Notes under the pieces: generated by a model | The model's input: only the letters and a program-made list of their open reading frames with translations | Database searches by the model: none | Told to the model about the DNA's origin: nothing | Assembly: GCA_036149055.1 (NCBI GenBank) | Contig: JAYZQJ010000004.1 | Span: forward strand, 79,795-143,794 | Direction of reading: 5' to 3' | DNA: 64,000 bases | Source: Myxococcota bacterium | GTDB taxonomy: Bacteria; Myxococcota_A; Polyangia; Polyangiales; Sandaracinaceae | Shown here: piece by piece, positions 8,539 to 17,678 of the stretch | Layout: each line of letters opens with the position of its first letter | How positions within the stretch are numbered: the stretch's first letter is position 1 | Position numbers and translations under genes: made by a program

Positions 8539-9848
8539 TCGCCCTCGATCGCTACCTCCCGGTGGCCCGCGAGGCCGCGCGCCCGGCGCTCGACGGCTGG
8601 CTCTCCGAGGCGGTCGGCCTGGTGCTCGAGGCCCAGGGCGTGCGCGCCTCCATCGGCGATCTCTACCGGCTCCGCCCGGTCGACCAGCCCGCCATCGAGG
8701 CCGAGGTGGTCGGGGTGCGCGGAGACCGCACGCTGCTCATGCCGCTCGGCGCCACCGAGGGGCTCGAGGTCGGCACCCCGATCCGCCGCGTCGGCCGCGC
8801 GGCCCGCGCCGAGGTCGGCCCCGGGCTGCTCGGTCGCGTGGTCGACGGCCTCGGCCGCCCGCTCGACGGAGGCCCGACGCCCTCGCTCGACGCCGAGCGC
8901 CCGCTCTACGGCAAGCCGCCGAACCCGCTGCAGCGCCGCCCGATCGAGCAGCAGCTCCCCACCGGCGTCCGCGCCATCGACGGCCTGCTCACCCTGGCCG
9001 AGGGCCAGCGCATCGGGATCTTCGCCGGCGGCGGCGTCGGCAAGTCGACCCTGCTCGGCATGCTGGTGCGCCGGATGCGCGCCGACGTCGCGGTCATCGC
9101 GCTGATCGGTGAGCGCGGCCGCGAGGTCGAGGAGTTCGTGCACCGCACCCTCGGCGACGAGGGCATGCAGAAGGCGGTCGTGGTCGCCGCGACCAGCGCC
9201 GACCCGCCCCTCGTCCGCGCCCGCGGCGCGCTCTACGCGACCGCGATCGCCGAGCACTTCCGCGACCAGGGCAAGCGCGTCTTGTTGATGATGGACAGCG
9301 TCACCCGCTACGCGATGGCGCTGCGCGAGATCGGCCTCGCGATCGGCGAGCCGCCGACCACCAAGGGCTACACCCCGAGCGTCTTCGCCGCGCTGCCCCG
9401 GCTCCTCGAGCGGGCCGGCACGTCGACCGGCCCCGGCTCGATCACCGGGCTCTACACGGTGCTCGTCGAGGGCGACGACATGAGCGATCCGATCGCGGAC
9501 GCCGCCCGCGCGATCCTCGACGGCCACGTGCTGCTCTCGCGCAAGCTCGCCGAGCGCGGTCACTTCCCGGCCATCGACGTGCCGCGCTCGATCTCGCGCT
9601 GCATGTCGGCGGTCACGAGCGAGGAGCGTCAGCGCATGGCCCAGGACGCCCGGGCCCTGCTCGCCGCCCACGCCGAGGCCGAGGACCTGGTCGCGATCGG
9701 CGCCTACCAGGCCGGCTCGGTGCCGCGCCTCGATCGCGCGCTCGCGCGCATGCCGGCCCTCGAATCTTTCCTCAAGCAGCCGTTCTCCGAAGACGCGGGG
9801 GACTCCATCGACGAGGCCCTCCGCGCCATCTGGGAGGAGCCGCAGTGA
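8535..9848 (+). CDS. fliI: Flagellar export ATPase FliI
   Basis: GQRIGIFAGGGVGKSTLL, IGERGREV, MDSVTRYAMALREIGLAIGEPPTTKGY, ILDGHV; GTG start overlaps the fliH stop. Confidence 0.95.
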   Translation: MIALDRYLPVAREAARPALDGWLSEAVGLVLEAQGVRASIGDLYRLRPVDQPAIEAEVVGVRGDRTLLMPLGATEGLEVGTPIRRVGRAARAEVGPGLLGRVVDGLGRPLDGGPTPSLDAERPLYGKPPNPLQRRPIEQQLPTGVRAIDGLLTLAEGQRIGIFAGGGVGKSTLLGMLVRRMRADVAVIALIGERGREVEEFVHRTLGDEGMQKAVVVAATSADPPLVRARGALYATAIAEHFRDQGKRVLLMMDSVTRYAMALREIGLAIGEPPTTKGYTPSVFAALPRLLERAGTSTGPGSITGLYTVLVEGDDMSDPIADAARAILDGHVLLSRKLAERGHFPAIDVPRSISRCMSAVTSEERQRMAQDARALLAAHAEAEDLVAIGAYQAGSVPRLDRALARMPALESFLKQPFSEDAGDSIDEALRAIWEEPQ

Positions 9849-10279
9849 CCGAACGCCACCGCCTGACCCGCATCATCCGCCTCAAGGAGCGCATCCGGGA
9901 CGCCCGCCGCGGCGCCCTCGCCCAGGCGGAGGCCGAGCGCCACGCCGCCTCCGAGCGGGTGGAGCAGGCCGAGGCCCAGGTGGTCGCGCTGGTGCGCGGC
10001 TACTGCGAGGCGGGGACCTTCGACGCCCGCGAGCTCCTGCACCGGGCGAGCCTGGTGGAGTCCGCCCGCGAGCACCGCGCGGCGATGCAGGCCCGCCTCA
10101 CGGAGGTCGAGGCCGAGCGGGCGCGCTGCGCCGCGGCGCTGGCCGAGGCCGGCCGCGACGTGCGGAGCCTCGAGGTCCTCGAGGGCCGCCTCCTCGCCGA
10201 GGAGAAGCGCGAGGCCGGCCGACGCGAGCAGGCGATGCTCGACGAGCGTGGCGCCCGCTACCAGCGGAGGGCCGGATGA
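9845..10279 (+). CDS. fliJ: Flagellar export chaperone FliJ
   Basis: 144-aa coiled-coil protein after fliI with C-terminal EQAMLDE. Confidence 0.8.
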   Translation: MTERHRLTRIIRLKERIRDARRGALAQAEAERHAASERVEQAEAQVVALVRGYCEAGTFDARELLHRASLVESAREHRAAMQARLTEVEAERARCAAALAEAGRDVRSLEVLEGRLLAEEKREAGRREQAMLDERGARYQRRAG

Positions 10280-11454
10280 AGGTCGAGCCCCGCAGCGCCC
10301 CCGAGCCGCGCCGGAAGCGCGCCACGAGCGAGGACCCGAGCGGCTTCTCGATGTCCCTCGCCGCCACCCTCGCCGCGCAGCAGCGCCCCCTCGAGCGGGT
10401 CGAGACGATCAAGCCGCGAGGCCACGACGCCGGCGCCCGCGAGCGCGTGACCGAGCCCGCCCCCGCGCGCCCGATCGTGCTCGACGGCCCCGTCACCGTC
10501 ACCCGCGGCGCCCCCGCGGTGCCCCCCGCCCAGGTCGCCGCCGCGATGGAAGGCGACGCCCCCGAGCTCCCCCCCGGCGCCGCCGCTCCCCAGCCCCCGG
10601 CCACCCAGGCCGACCCCGGCACCACGCCCGAGACCGCCCCCGAAGCCGCCGCCGGCCCCGCTGCCGCTCCCGGCCCCGCTGCCGCTTCCGGCCCCGCTGC
10701 CGCCGCCGCCCCCGCTGCCGGCCCCGAAGCCGCAGCCGCTGCCGCTGCCGCGCCCGAAGCCGCTGCCGGCTCCGAAGCCGCCGCCGCTGCCGCCCCCGCT
10801 GCCGCTGCCGCTGCCGCCCCCGAAGCCGCTGCCGAGACCGCGGCCGCTGCCGAGACCGAAGCCGCTGCCGAAGCCGAAGCCGAAGCCGAGGCCGAAGCCG
10901 AAGCCGAGGCCGCCGGCGAAGCCGACTCCTCCGACCTGCCCCGCTCCGGCGGAGACGGCGCCTCCAGCGACGACACCCCCGGCGACGGCGGCGCCGACCA
11001 CGCCGCCCGCCTCCGCGCCACCCAGGTCACCGCCCCCGACCTCGCGCGCCCCACCTTCACCCTCGACCGCCCCGGCGACTCCCCCGAGGTCGAGGTCCCG
11101 CTGCCCCCGCCGACCAGCGACGAGGAGGCCGAGGCCTTCCAGCACGTCCGCTGGAGCGTGCTGAAGAACGCCGCCGGCGCGGAGCGCGCGCGGGTCCGGG
11201 TCGAGCACCCGACCCTCGGCACGCTGCGCCTCGAGTTCGCCCTCGACGACGACGGCCTCGACGTGCGCGTGCTCGCCCCGAGCCTCGTCGCCGCGCTGCG
11301 GCTCGAGAAGGACGAGGACCGCATCCGCGGCCTCCTCCGCGAGCACGGCACCCGGCTCGCCAAGCTGCGCGTCGCGCTCGAGGAGCGCCGAGACGCCCGA
11401 CCCCTTTCGCGCCCGCGCCCCAGCGCGCCCGGGCGCCTGTCCACGGAGGCCTGA
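10276..11454 (+). CDS. fliK: Flagellar hook-length control protein FliK
   Basis: Low-complexity Ala/Pro/Glu N-terminal part and C-terminal ARVRVEHPTLGTLRLEF domain; directly upstream of flgD. Confidence 0.8.
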   Translation: MKVEPRSAPEPRRKRATSEDPSGFSMSLAATLAAQQRPLERVETIKPRGHDAGARERVTEPAPARPIVLDGPVTVTRGAPAVPPAQVAAAMEGDAPELPPGAAAPQPPATQADPGTTPETAPEAAAGPAAAPGPAAASGPAAAAAPAAGPEAAAAAAAAPEAAAGSEAAAAAAPAAAAAAAPEAAAETAAAAETEAAAEAEAEAEAEAEAEAAGEADSSDLPRSGGDGASSDDTPGDGGADHAARLRATQVTAPDLARPTFTLDRPGDSPEVEVPLPPPTSDEEAEAFQHVRWSVLKNAAGAERARVRVEHPTLGTLRLEFALDDDGLDVRVLAPSLVAALRLEKDEDRIRGLLREHGTRLAKLRVALEERRDARPLSRPRPSAPGRLSTEA

Positions 11455-11459
11455 GAGAG

Positions 11460-12275
11460 ATGGAGATCGATTCCACCCGCAGCGGCGCGAACGCGCTCGG
11501 AGGCAACGGCGTCGGCGAAGCGAGCACCGACTTCGACCGCGACGCCTTCATGCAGCTCCTCGTGACGCAGATCCGCAATCAGGACCCGATGGATCCGATG
11601 GACACGCGCGACATGATGGCCCAGCTCACCCAGCTGACCTCGGTCGAGCATCTCATCGGCATCGAGCAAGGCGTGCAGACGCTCGGCGTCGCCTCCGCCT
11701 CGATCGCCAACGCGCAGGTCGCCGGCTTCGTCGGCAAGACGGTCACCGCCGACGCCAGCTCCCTCCGCCTCGAGGAGGCGGGCAGCGCCGCGGGCGCCTT
11801 CGAGCTCGACGGCCGCGCCTCGAACGTCACGGTGACCATCCGCGACGAGGAGGGCCGCGTCGTGCGCACGATGGAGCTCGAGGGTGACCGCTTCGCCGGC
11901 ACCCACCGCTACGAGTGGGACGGCGTGGACGACTCGGGCACCCGCCTGCCGGAGGGTCGCTACCGCGTCGAGGTCTCGGCCACCGACGGCGAGGGTCAGC
12001 CGGTCGGCGCCGACACCGAGGTCCGCGGCACGGTCACCGGCGTCAGCTACGAGCACGGCTACCCGGAGCTCATCCTCGACGGCGAGCACAAGATCCTCAT
12101 GGGCGACGTGCGCCGCGTCGACGACGGCCCCGGCGGCGGCGCGGGCGCCACGCGAGAGCGCTCCGGCGCGAGCGGGACGAGCACCGCGCCCTCCACCGCG
12201 CCCGGGAGCCTCCCCGAGCTCGAGAACCCCAGCCTCATCGACCCTTCCGTCGCGCTCTCTTCCTACACGCGCTGA
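11460..12275 (+). CDS. flgD: Flagellar hook capping protein FlgD
   Basis: DAFMQLLVTQIRNQDPMDPMD, AQLTQLTSVE, FlgD-Ig domain (WDGVDDSG..LPEGRY). Confidence 0.95.
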   Translation: MEIDSTRSGANALGGNGVGEASTDFDRDAFMQLLVTQIRNQDPMDPMDTRDMMAQLTQLTSVEHLIGIEQGVQTLGVASASIANAQVAGFVGKTVTADASSLRLEEAGSAAGAFELDGRASNVTVTIRDEEGRVVRTMELEGDRFAGTHRYEWDGVDDSGTRLPEGRYRVEVSATDGEGQPVGADTEVRGTVTGVSYEHGYPELILDGEHKILMGDVRRVDDGPGGGAGATRERSGASGTSTAPSTAPGSLPELENPSLIDPSVALSSYTR

Positions 12276-12299
12276 CGCCCCGACCCTGGAGAGATAGCC

Positions 12300-13598
12300 A
12301 TGACCATCATGAAGTCCCTGAACACCGCCTCCTCGGGCATCCGCAGCCACAGCGAGGCGCTCTCGGTCGTCGGCGACAACATCGCCAACGTGAACACGGT
12401 CGGATACAAGCGCTCGCGCGCGAACTTCCAGGACATGCTCGGGCGCAGCATCGCCGGCTCGAGCGCGATGCCGCAGGCCGGCGCCGGCAGCCGCGTGGGC
12501 AGCATCCAGCAGATGTGGGCGCAGGGCGCCTTGCTCACCACCGACTCGCCGACCGACCTCGCGCTCAACGGCTCCGGGTTCTTCGTCGTCAGCGGCAACG
12601 TCGGCGGCGTCGACGGCAGCTTCTACACGCGGGCCGGCCAGTACACGCTCGACAGCGAGGGTTACCTCGTCAACCAGGACGGCCTGCGCCTGCAGGGCTA
12701 CCCGGCCGACGACACCGGCGCGCTGAGCGGCACGCTCGGAGACCTGCAGGTCGAGCAGGGCACCATCGGGGCCAACGCCACCACGAGCGTCGACGTCGGC
12801 GCGAACCTCGACGCCGAGACCGCGGTGCGGACCGACGCCTGGGATCCCACCGACCCGGCCGGCACGAGTGACTTCTCCTCGAACGTCACCGTGTACGACT
12901 CGCTCGGCAACGCGCACGAGGTGACCGTCTACTATCGCAAGACCGGCGCGAACAGCTGGGAGTGGCACGCGATGGCGGACGGCGCCGAAGTCACCGGCGG
13001 CACCCCGGGCACGCCCTTCGAGGGCGCGAGCGGCACCCTGACCTTCACCACCGACGGCCAGCTCGACACCGAGACCACCAGCGCCTCGAGCTGGGACTTC
13101 GTCGACGCGACCCCCGGCCAGGCGGTCACCTTCGACTTCGGCGACTCGATCACCACCGACTCGGGCACCGGCATGAGCGGGACCACCCAGTACGCCTCGC
13201 CCTCCACCAACACCGGCATCAGCCAGGACGGCTACGGCGCCGGCGAGGTCGCGGGCATCTCGATCGGGCAGGACGGAACCATCGAGGGGGTGTTCACCAA
13301 CGGCCAGCGCCGGGTCCTCGGGCAGGTCGCGGTCGCGGACTTCGCGAGCGTCGACGGCCTCGAGCGGGCCGGGCAGGGCCTCTGGGTCGAGACCCAGGCC
13401 AGCGGCGAGGCGGTGGTCGGCGCGGCCGGCACCGGCGGGCGCGGCGCGGTGGTGGCGGGGGCCCTCGAGGGCAGCAACGTCGACCTCGCGCGCGAGTTCG
13501 TCGACCTCATCGCCTACCAGCGCGGGTTCTCCGCCAACAGCCGCATCGTCAGCACCGCCGACGAGATGTACACGGAGCTGGTCAACCTGAAGCGGTGA
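12300..13598 (+). CDS. flgE: Flagellar hook protein FlgE
   Basis: GDNIANVNTVGYK, DLALNGSGFF, YTRAGQY, YDSLGNAH, LEGSNVDLAREFVDLIAYQRGFSANSR. Confidence 0.97.
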   Translation: MTIMKSLNTASSGIRSHSEALSVVGDNIANVNTVGYKRSRANFQDMLGRSIAGSSAMPQAGAGSRVGSIQQMWAQGALLTTDSPTDLALNGSGFFVVSGNVGGVDGSFYTRAGQYTLDSEGYLVNQDGLRLQGYPADDTGALSGTLGDLQVEQGTIGANATTSVDVGANLDAETAVRTDAWDPTDPAGTSDFSSNVTVYDSLGNAHEVTVYYRKTGANSWEWHAMADGAEVTGGTPGTPFEGASGTLTFTTDGQLDTETTSASSWDFVDATPGQAVTFDFGDSITTDSGTGMSGTTQYASPSTNTGISQDGYGAGEVAGISIGQDGTIEGVFTNGQRRVLGQVAVADFASVDGLERAGQGLWVETQASGEAVVGAAGTGGRGAVVAGALEGSNVDLAREFVDLIAYQRGFSANSRIVSTADEMYTELVNLKR

Positions 13599-13654
13599 TC
13601 ACGACCGCCATTCGTGGACTTTTCCTTCTTCACCGGAAGCGTTAACGTGGCCCG

Positions 13655-14185
13655 GTGCGGCGGAGAAGAGCAGGGTTCACGCTGGTGGAGCTGATGTCGG
13701 TGGTCACGATCGTCGGCATCCTCGCCGCGCTCGCCATCCCGAGCTTCGTCAGCTACTCGCGGCGGGCTCGGACCAGCGAGGCGACGACGATGCTCGGCGA
13801 CCTCTACCACCACGCGGCGAGCTACTACGTCGCCGAGTACCCGCCCGGGCGCTCGGCGCCGCAGACCTTCTCGGGCTGCGTGGTGGACTCGGCCGGCCCG
13901 CTGCCCGCCGTCCCCCGCGGCGTCGCCGCCTACCCGGACTGGGAGTCGGATCCCAGCTTCAGCGGGCTCGGCTTCGCGAGCGGCGGGGCGCTCCGCTACG
14001 GCTACGAGATCGTCTCGGTCGGAGGCTGCCGGCACGGGGCCGGCGAGGCCCTCTACAGCTTCCGCGCGATCGGCGACCTCGACGGCGACGGCGCGACCAG
14101 CCTCTTCGAGGTCGCGGCCGGCTCGAACTCGGACAACGTGCTGATGCGCACGCCCGGGCACTACGTCGAGTCGGCGCTCGAGTAG
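13655..14185 (+). CDS. Type IV pilin-like protein
   Basis: Class III signal RRRRAG/FTLVELM..VTIVGILAALAIPSF, ARTSEA, C-terminal AIGDLDGDG. Confidence 0.88.
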   Translation: MRRRRAGFTLVELMSVVTIVGILAALAIPSFVSYSRRARTSEATTMLGDLYHHAASYYVAEYPPGRSAPQTFSGCVVDSAGPLPAVPRGVAAYPDWESDPSFSGLGFASGGALRYGYEIVSVGGCRHGAGEALYSFRAIGDLDGDGATSLFEVAAGSNSDNVLMRTPGHYVESALE

Positions 14186-15102
14186 CGGTCCTCGAGGGCC
14201 CAGGCGAAGAGCCCGCACATCACGAAGCCGTGCGCGTTCGCGTAGCCGTGCGTGCGCAGCATCCACTGGATGCCGATCAGGCGGTGCCCGGTCGCCTCGC
14301 CCCACGCGTAGGCCAGCGCGAGCGGCATCGAGAGCAGCAGGGAGGCGCCGCTGACGAGCAGCAGCACCCGCGAGACGGCGCGGCGAGGCCGCCGCCAGAC
14401 CCACCCGAGGGTCAGCCCGGCGACGAGGAGCAGCGCGCCGGCGAGCAGCGCCGTGCCGGCCAGCGCGAGCCACGGCGACGAGGTGATGCCGATCGCGACG
14501 ATCGGCTGCGCGGCCACCGCGGCCAGCGCCGCGCCCAGGGCCAGCCGGCGGCGTCGCCCTTCGAGCGCGAGGCCGGCGCGGACCGCGAGGATCGGGGCGG
14601 CCACCGCGGCGAAGTGGAAGTGGACGCCGGTAAGCGCGACGATCAGCGGGTCGAAGTCGAGGGGGCGCGCGCCGACCCGAGACAGCAGCAGCCACCCCGC
14701 GCCCACCGGCAGGTAGGCGAGCGCGAGCCCGGTCGCGAGCGTGTCCAGCCGCCGCAGCCCGCCCGCGAGCACCCGGCCGAGCCCGAGGAGCGCCACCAGG
14801 ATGGCGAAGCTGACCCAGGCCGCCGCCCACGCGCCCGCCTCGAGCGAGACCGGCAGGGAGAGGGCGACCACCGCGGCCGCGCCGCACAGGGGCTGGGCGA
14901 TCGCGGCGAGGTCGACGAGCCGGCTCTCGCGGGCGAGGGGCGCGACCGCGAGCGCCAGCGGCGCGACGCCGAGCACGGCGAGGGCGAGGACCCGGCTGAT
15001 CGCGTCGGCGCCGACGAACCGGAGCCCGATGGAGAGCGCGACCCCCAGCCCGGCGCTGACCAGGAGGAGAGTGCGGGTGCGACGACCGGCGAGCTTCGGC
15101 AC
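14161..15102 (-). CDS. YndJ-like multi-pass membrane protein
   Basis: Many TM helices; IVALTGVHFHFA and WMLRTHGYANAHGF motifs. Start uncertain (GTG 15102 or ATG 15120). Confidence 0.75.
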   Translation of the reverse strand: MPKLAGRRTRTLLLVSAGLGVALSIGLRFVGADAISRVLALAVLGVAPLALAVAPLARESRLVDLAAIAQPLCGAAAVVALSLPVSLEAGAWAAAWVSFAILVALLGLGRVLAGGLRRLDTLATGLALAYLPVGAGWLLLSRVGARPLDFDPLIVALTGVHFHFAAVAAPILAVRAGLALEGRRRRLALGAALAAVAAQPIVAIGITSSPWLALAGTALLAGALLLVAGLTLGWVWRRPRRAVSRVLLLVSGASLLLSMPLALAYAWGEATGHRLIGIQWMLRTHGYANAHGFVMCGLFAWALEDRYSSADST

Positions 15103-15130
15103 CCGCGGAGAATGCGTCATTCTCGGGCGG

Positions 15131-16099
15131 ATGCACTGGATGGATCTGGAGCCCGCCCACGCGCGCCTGGCGCTGGGGGCGATGCGGGCGGTGGCGGGGG
15201 CGGACGGTGAGCTCGCGGAGGCGGAGCGCGGCCTGCTCGAGGCCGCGGGGCGGCTGCTCGAGATCGACCCCGAGGTGCCCCCGCTGACCCCGGCGGCGCT
15301 GGCGAGCGCGGGGCTGGCCGGCCGGGACGCCGAGCGGGTGGTGCAGGCGGGCATCCTCGCGGCCCTGCTCGACGGCCGGATCGACCCGGCCGAGGTGGAG
15401 GTGGTGCGCGCCCTGGCGTCGGCGGCCGGGGTCGACGAGCCCCGGGTCCACAACCTCGCCCAGATCGCGAAGGGGAGGGTGCGGCTCGCCTGGCTCGACC
15501 TGGCCCGGCGCTCGTTCGCCCGGGACGTCTTCGTCGACGCGCTGAAGCGCGAGGGGCCCCGCGGGGTCTGGAAGATCGTGGGCCCCATGCTCGGCCGGGC
15601 CGTCGATTCGGCCCTCGCGGCCCGCTACATCGCGCTCGGCGAGCTGCCCGAGGGCACCCTCGGTCACGCCTACTTCCGCTTCGTCTACGAGAACGGGCTC
15701 GGCTTCCCGGGTGAGAAGGGCGCGGTGCCCGAGTCGGGCGTCTGGCACGACGTCAGCCACGTGCTCGGCGGGTATGGCGTCGCGCCCCGGGAGGAGGTCG
15801 AGGTGGTGTCCTTCATCGCCGGCTTCACCCGCGAGGACCCGTTCTTCTGGGTCTTCACCATCACGCTGCAGTTCCACCTCGGGATGCGTGTCTCGCCGTA
15901 CTCGCAGGGGGGCGTCGGGCTCGTGGACCCGGCCCGCATGCTCGGCGCCTTCGCGCGGGGCGCGGCGATGACCGAGGACCTCTCGGTGGACGGCTGGGAT
16001 CCGTGGCCCTGGTTCCCCGAGCAGCTCGAGGCGGTCCGGGCGCGCTTCGGCGTGCGTCAAGCGCCTGACCTCGGGCCCGCCGGAGCGCCGGAGGGCTGA
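15131..16099 (+). CDS. TerB-like/Coq4-like fusion protein
   Basis: N-terminal ADGELAEAE and LDGRIDPAE TerB-type repeats; C-terminal LPEGTLG and HDVSHVLGGY...EE Coq4-type metal motif. Confidence 0.65.
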   Translation: MHWMDLEPAHARLALGAMRAVAGADGELAEAERGLLEAAGRLLEIDPEVPPLTPAALASAGLAGRDAERVVQAGILAALLDGRIDPAEVEVVRALASAAGVDEPRVHNLAQIAKGRVRLAWLDLARRSFARDVFVDALKREGPRGVWKIVGPMLGRAVDSALAARYIALGELPEGTLGHAYFRFVYENGLGFPGEKGAVPESGVWHDVSHVLGGYGVAPREEVEVVSFIAGFTREDPFFWVFTITLQFHLGMRVSPYSQGGVGLVDPARMLGAFARGAAMTEDLSVDGWDPWPWFPEQLEAVRARFGVRQAPDLGPAGAPEG

Positions 16100-16100
16100 C
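16056..16100 (+). promoter_or_regulatory. Putative enhancer boxes for the fliL operon
   Basis: GTCAAGCGCCTGAC (16056-16069) and GCCGGAGGGCTGAC (16087-16100), overlapping the 3' end of the upstream CDS. Confidence 0.55.
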
Positions 16101-16153
16101 GCCGAGGCCGCCGGATCACGTCCGAGCCCCTCCCTGCAGGCCTCGGAGAGCGA

Positions 16154-16169
16154 TGGCACGGTCGGTGCT
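16154..16169 (+). promoter_or_regulatory. Sigma-54 -24/-12 promoter of the fliL operon
   Basis: TGGCACGGTCGGTGCT: GG-N10-GC, followed by CTAGCTC exactly as at flgB. Confidence 0.8.
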
Positions 16170-16184
16170 CTAGCTCTCGTCGCG

Positions 16185-16679
16185 ATGGCCGACGACAAGC
16201 AAGACACCGAGGAGCAGCCCGCGCCGAGCGGCGGCGGGAAGAGCACCCTCATCATCGTGCTCGTGGTGACCAACCTGCTCGTGGTGGCGGGCGCCGCCGG
16301 CGCGGTGGTCATGACGATGGGCAGCCAGCCGGCCGCGACCGCGGAGGCGGCCGAGCCCACGGGGAGCGGCCGCGAGGTCGGCCCCCTGCTCGAGCTCTCG
16401 GCGCTGGTGGTCAACCTCGAGGACCCCAACGGGACGCACTACCTGCGGGCGGGCTTCCAGATGGAGATCCGCGACGCCGAGCGGCAGGCCGAGGTGGAGA
16501 CCCGCCTCGTCCCGCTCCGCTCCGCCGTCCTCCTGCACCTCAGCGGCAAGTCGATGGACGAGGTCGTCGGGCAGGAGAACCGCGCCGCCATCCTCGAGGA
16601 GCTGACCGAGCTCGCCAACGAGCAGATCGGCGGCGACCTCGTGCGCGCCGTCTACTTCACGGAGTTCGTCGTCCAGTAA
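16185..16679 (+). CDS. fliL: Flagellar basal-body-associated protein FliL
   Basis: N-terminal TM, LVVNLED..HYLR, C-terminal VYFTEFVVQ. Confidence 0.93.
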   Translation: MADDKQDTEEQPAPSGGGKSTLIIVLVVTNLLVVAGAAGAVVMTMGSQPAATAEAAEPTGSGREVGPLLELSALVVNLEDPNGTHYLRAGFQMEIRDAERQAEVETRLVPLRSAVLLHLSGKSMDEVVGQENRAAILEELTELANEQIGGDLVRAVYFTEFVVQ

Positions 16680-16694
16680 GGGCGGAGCCGCGCG

Positions 16695-17678
16695 ATGTTC
16701 GAAGAGCCGTCCATGGAAGAGCCCCTGCTCAGCGACGAGGAGACCAGCGCGCTCCTCGACGCGATGCGGGAGGAGGAGACGCGAGGGGAGGTCGAAGCCA
16801 AGAAGACCGACCTCGGCTCCCCCGAGGGCCCGATGCGCGACGCGCTGGGCCGGGCGGACGCGGCGGCCATCCAGCTCGGGCGGGCGGCGCGCACGCAGCT
16901 CCTCAAGCAGACCGCGCGCGGCATGGACGTCGAGCTGCTCCCCGCCGAGATCGTGCCGCGGGACGTGCTCACCTCCTCGATCGACCCGCACGCGCTGCTG
17001 TTCACGGTGCGCTCCCGCGGCGAGGCGCTCGGCGTGGTCGCGCTCGACTCGAACCTCGGCCGCTCGGTGCTCGAGCGCTGCATGGGCGCGCCGGAGTCGA
17101 GCGGTGAGGCGGCGGCGCCCGGCGGCGCGCTGAGCGAGCTCGACCGACGCATCCTCCGCCCCTTCCCGGCGGCGGTGGTCGAGGCGCTCGGAGAGACCTT
17201 CCTCCGCGGCCGGCCCCTCACCCTCGAGGACCACGACGACGCCGACGACGGCGGGGTGCGCTTCGAGCCGATGCTCCGCCTGGGCCTGCGGTTCTCGAAC
17301 GGCGGCCAGCGCGCGGGCGAGCTGCTCCTCGCCCTGACCGCGGCCGCGGTGACGAGCGCGTGCCCCAAGCAGCAGGCGGCCCGCGAGGCGCTGCAGAAGA
17401 AGAAGGAGGAGGCGCCCCGCGCGAAGGACCTCCTCGTCGAGAAGATCGCCGGCGCCGAGGTGGACCTGATCGCGGTCCTCGGGCGCGCCCCCTCGAGCGT
17501 GCGCGACCTGCTCGCGCTCCAGACGGGCGACGTGCTGCGGCTCAGCGGCGCGCCCGGTGACCCCGTCGCGCTCTGCATCGAGGACGTGGTCCTCGGGCAC
17601 GGCAACCCGGTCGTCCACAAGGGCGACCTCGCGATCGAAGTGACCTCCAGAGAATCGAAGGGACGGCAGACGTCATGA
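16695..17678 (+). CDS. fliM: Flagellar motor switch protein FliM (divergent)
   Basis: N-terminal LLSDEETSALL (cf. LSQxEIDALL), LSELDRRI, C-terminal SpoA domain (LLALQTGDVLRL); between fliL and fliN. Confidence 0.8.
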   Translation: MFEEPSMEEPLLSDEETSALLDAMREEETRGEVEAKKTDLGSPEGPMRDALGRADAAAIQLGRAARTQLLKQTARGMDVELLPAEIVPRDVLTSSIDPHALLFTVRSRGEALGVVALDSNLGRSVLERCMGAPESSGEAAAPGGALSELDRRILRPFPAAVVEALGETFLRGRPLTLEDHDDADDGGVRFEPMLRLGLRFSNGGQRAGELLLALTAAAVTSACPKQQAAREALQKKKEEAPRAKDLLVEKIAGAEVDLIAVLGRAPSSVRDLLALQTGDVLRLSGAPGDPVALCIEDVVLGHGNPVVHKGDLAIEVTSRESKGRQTS

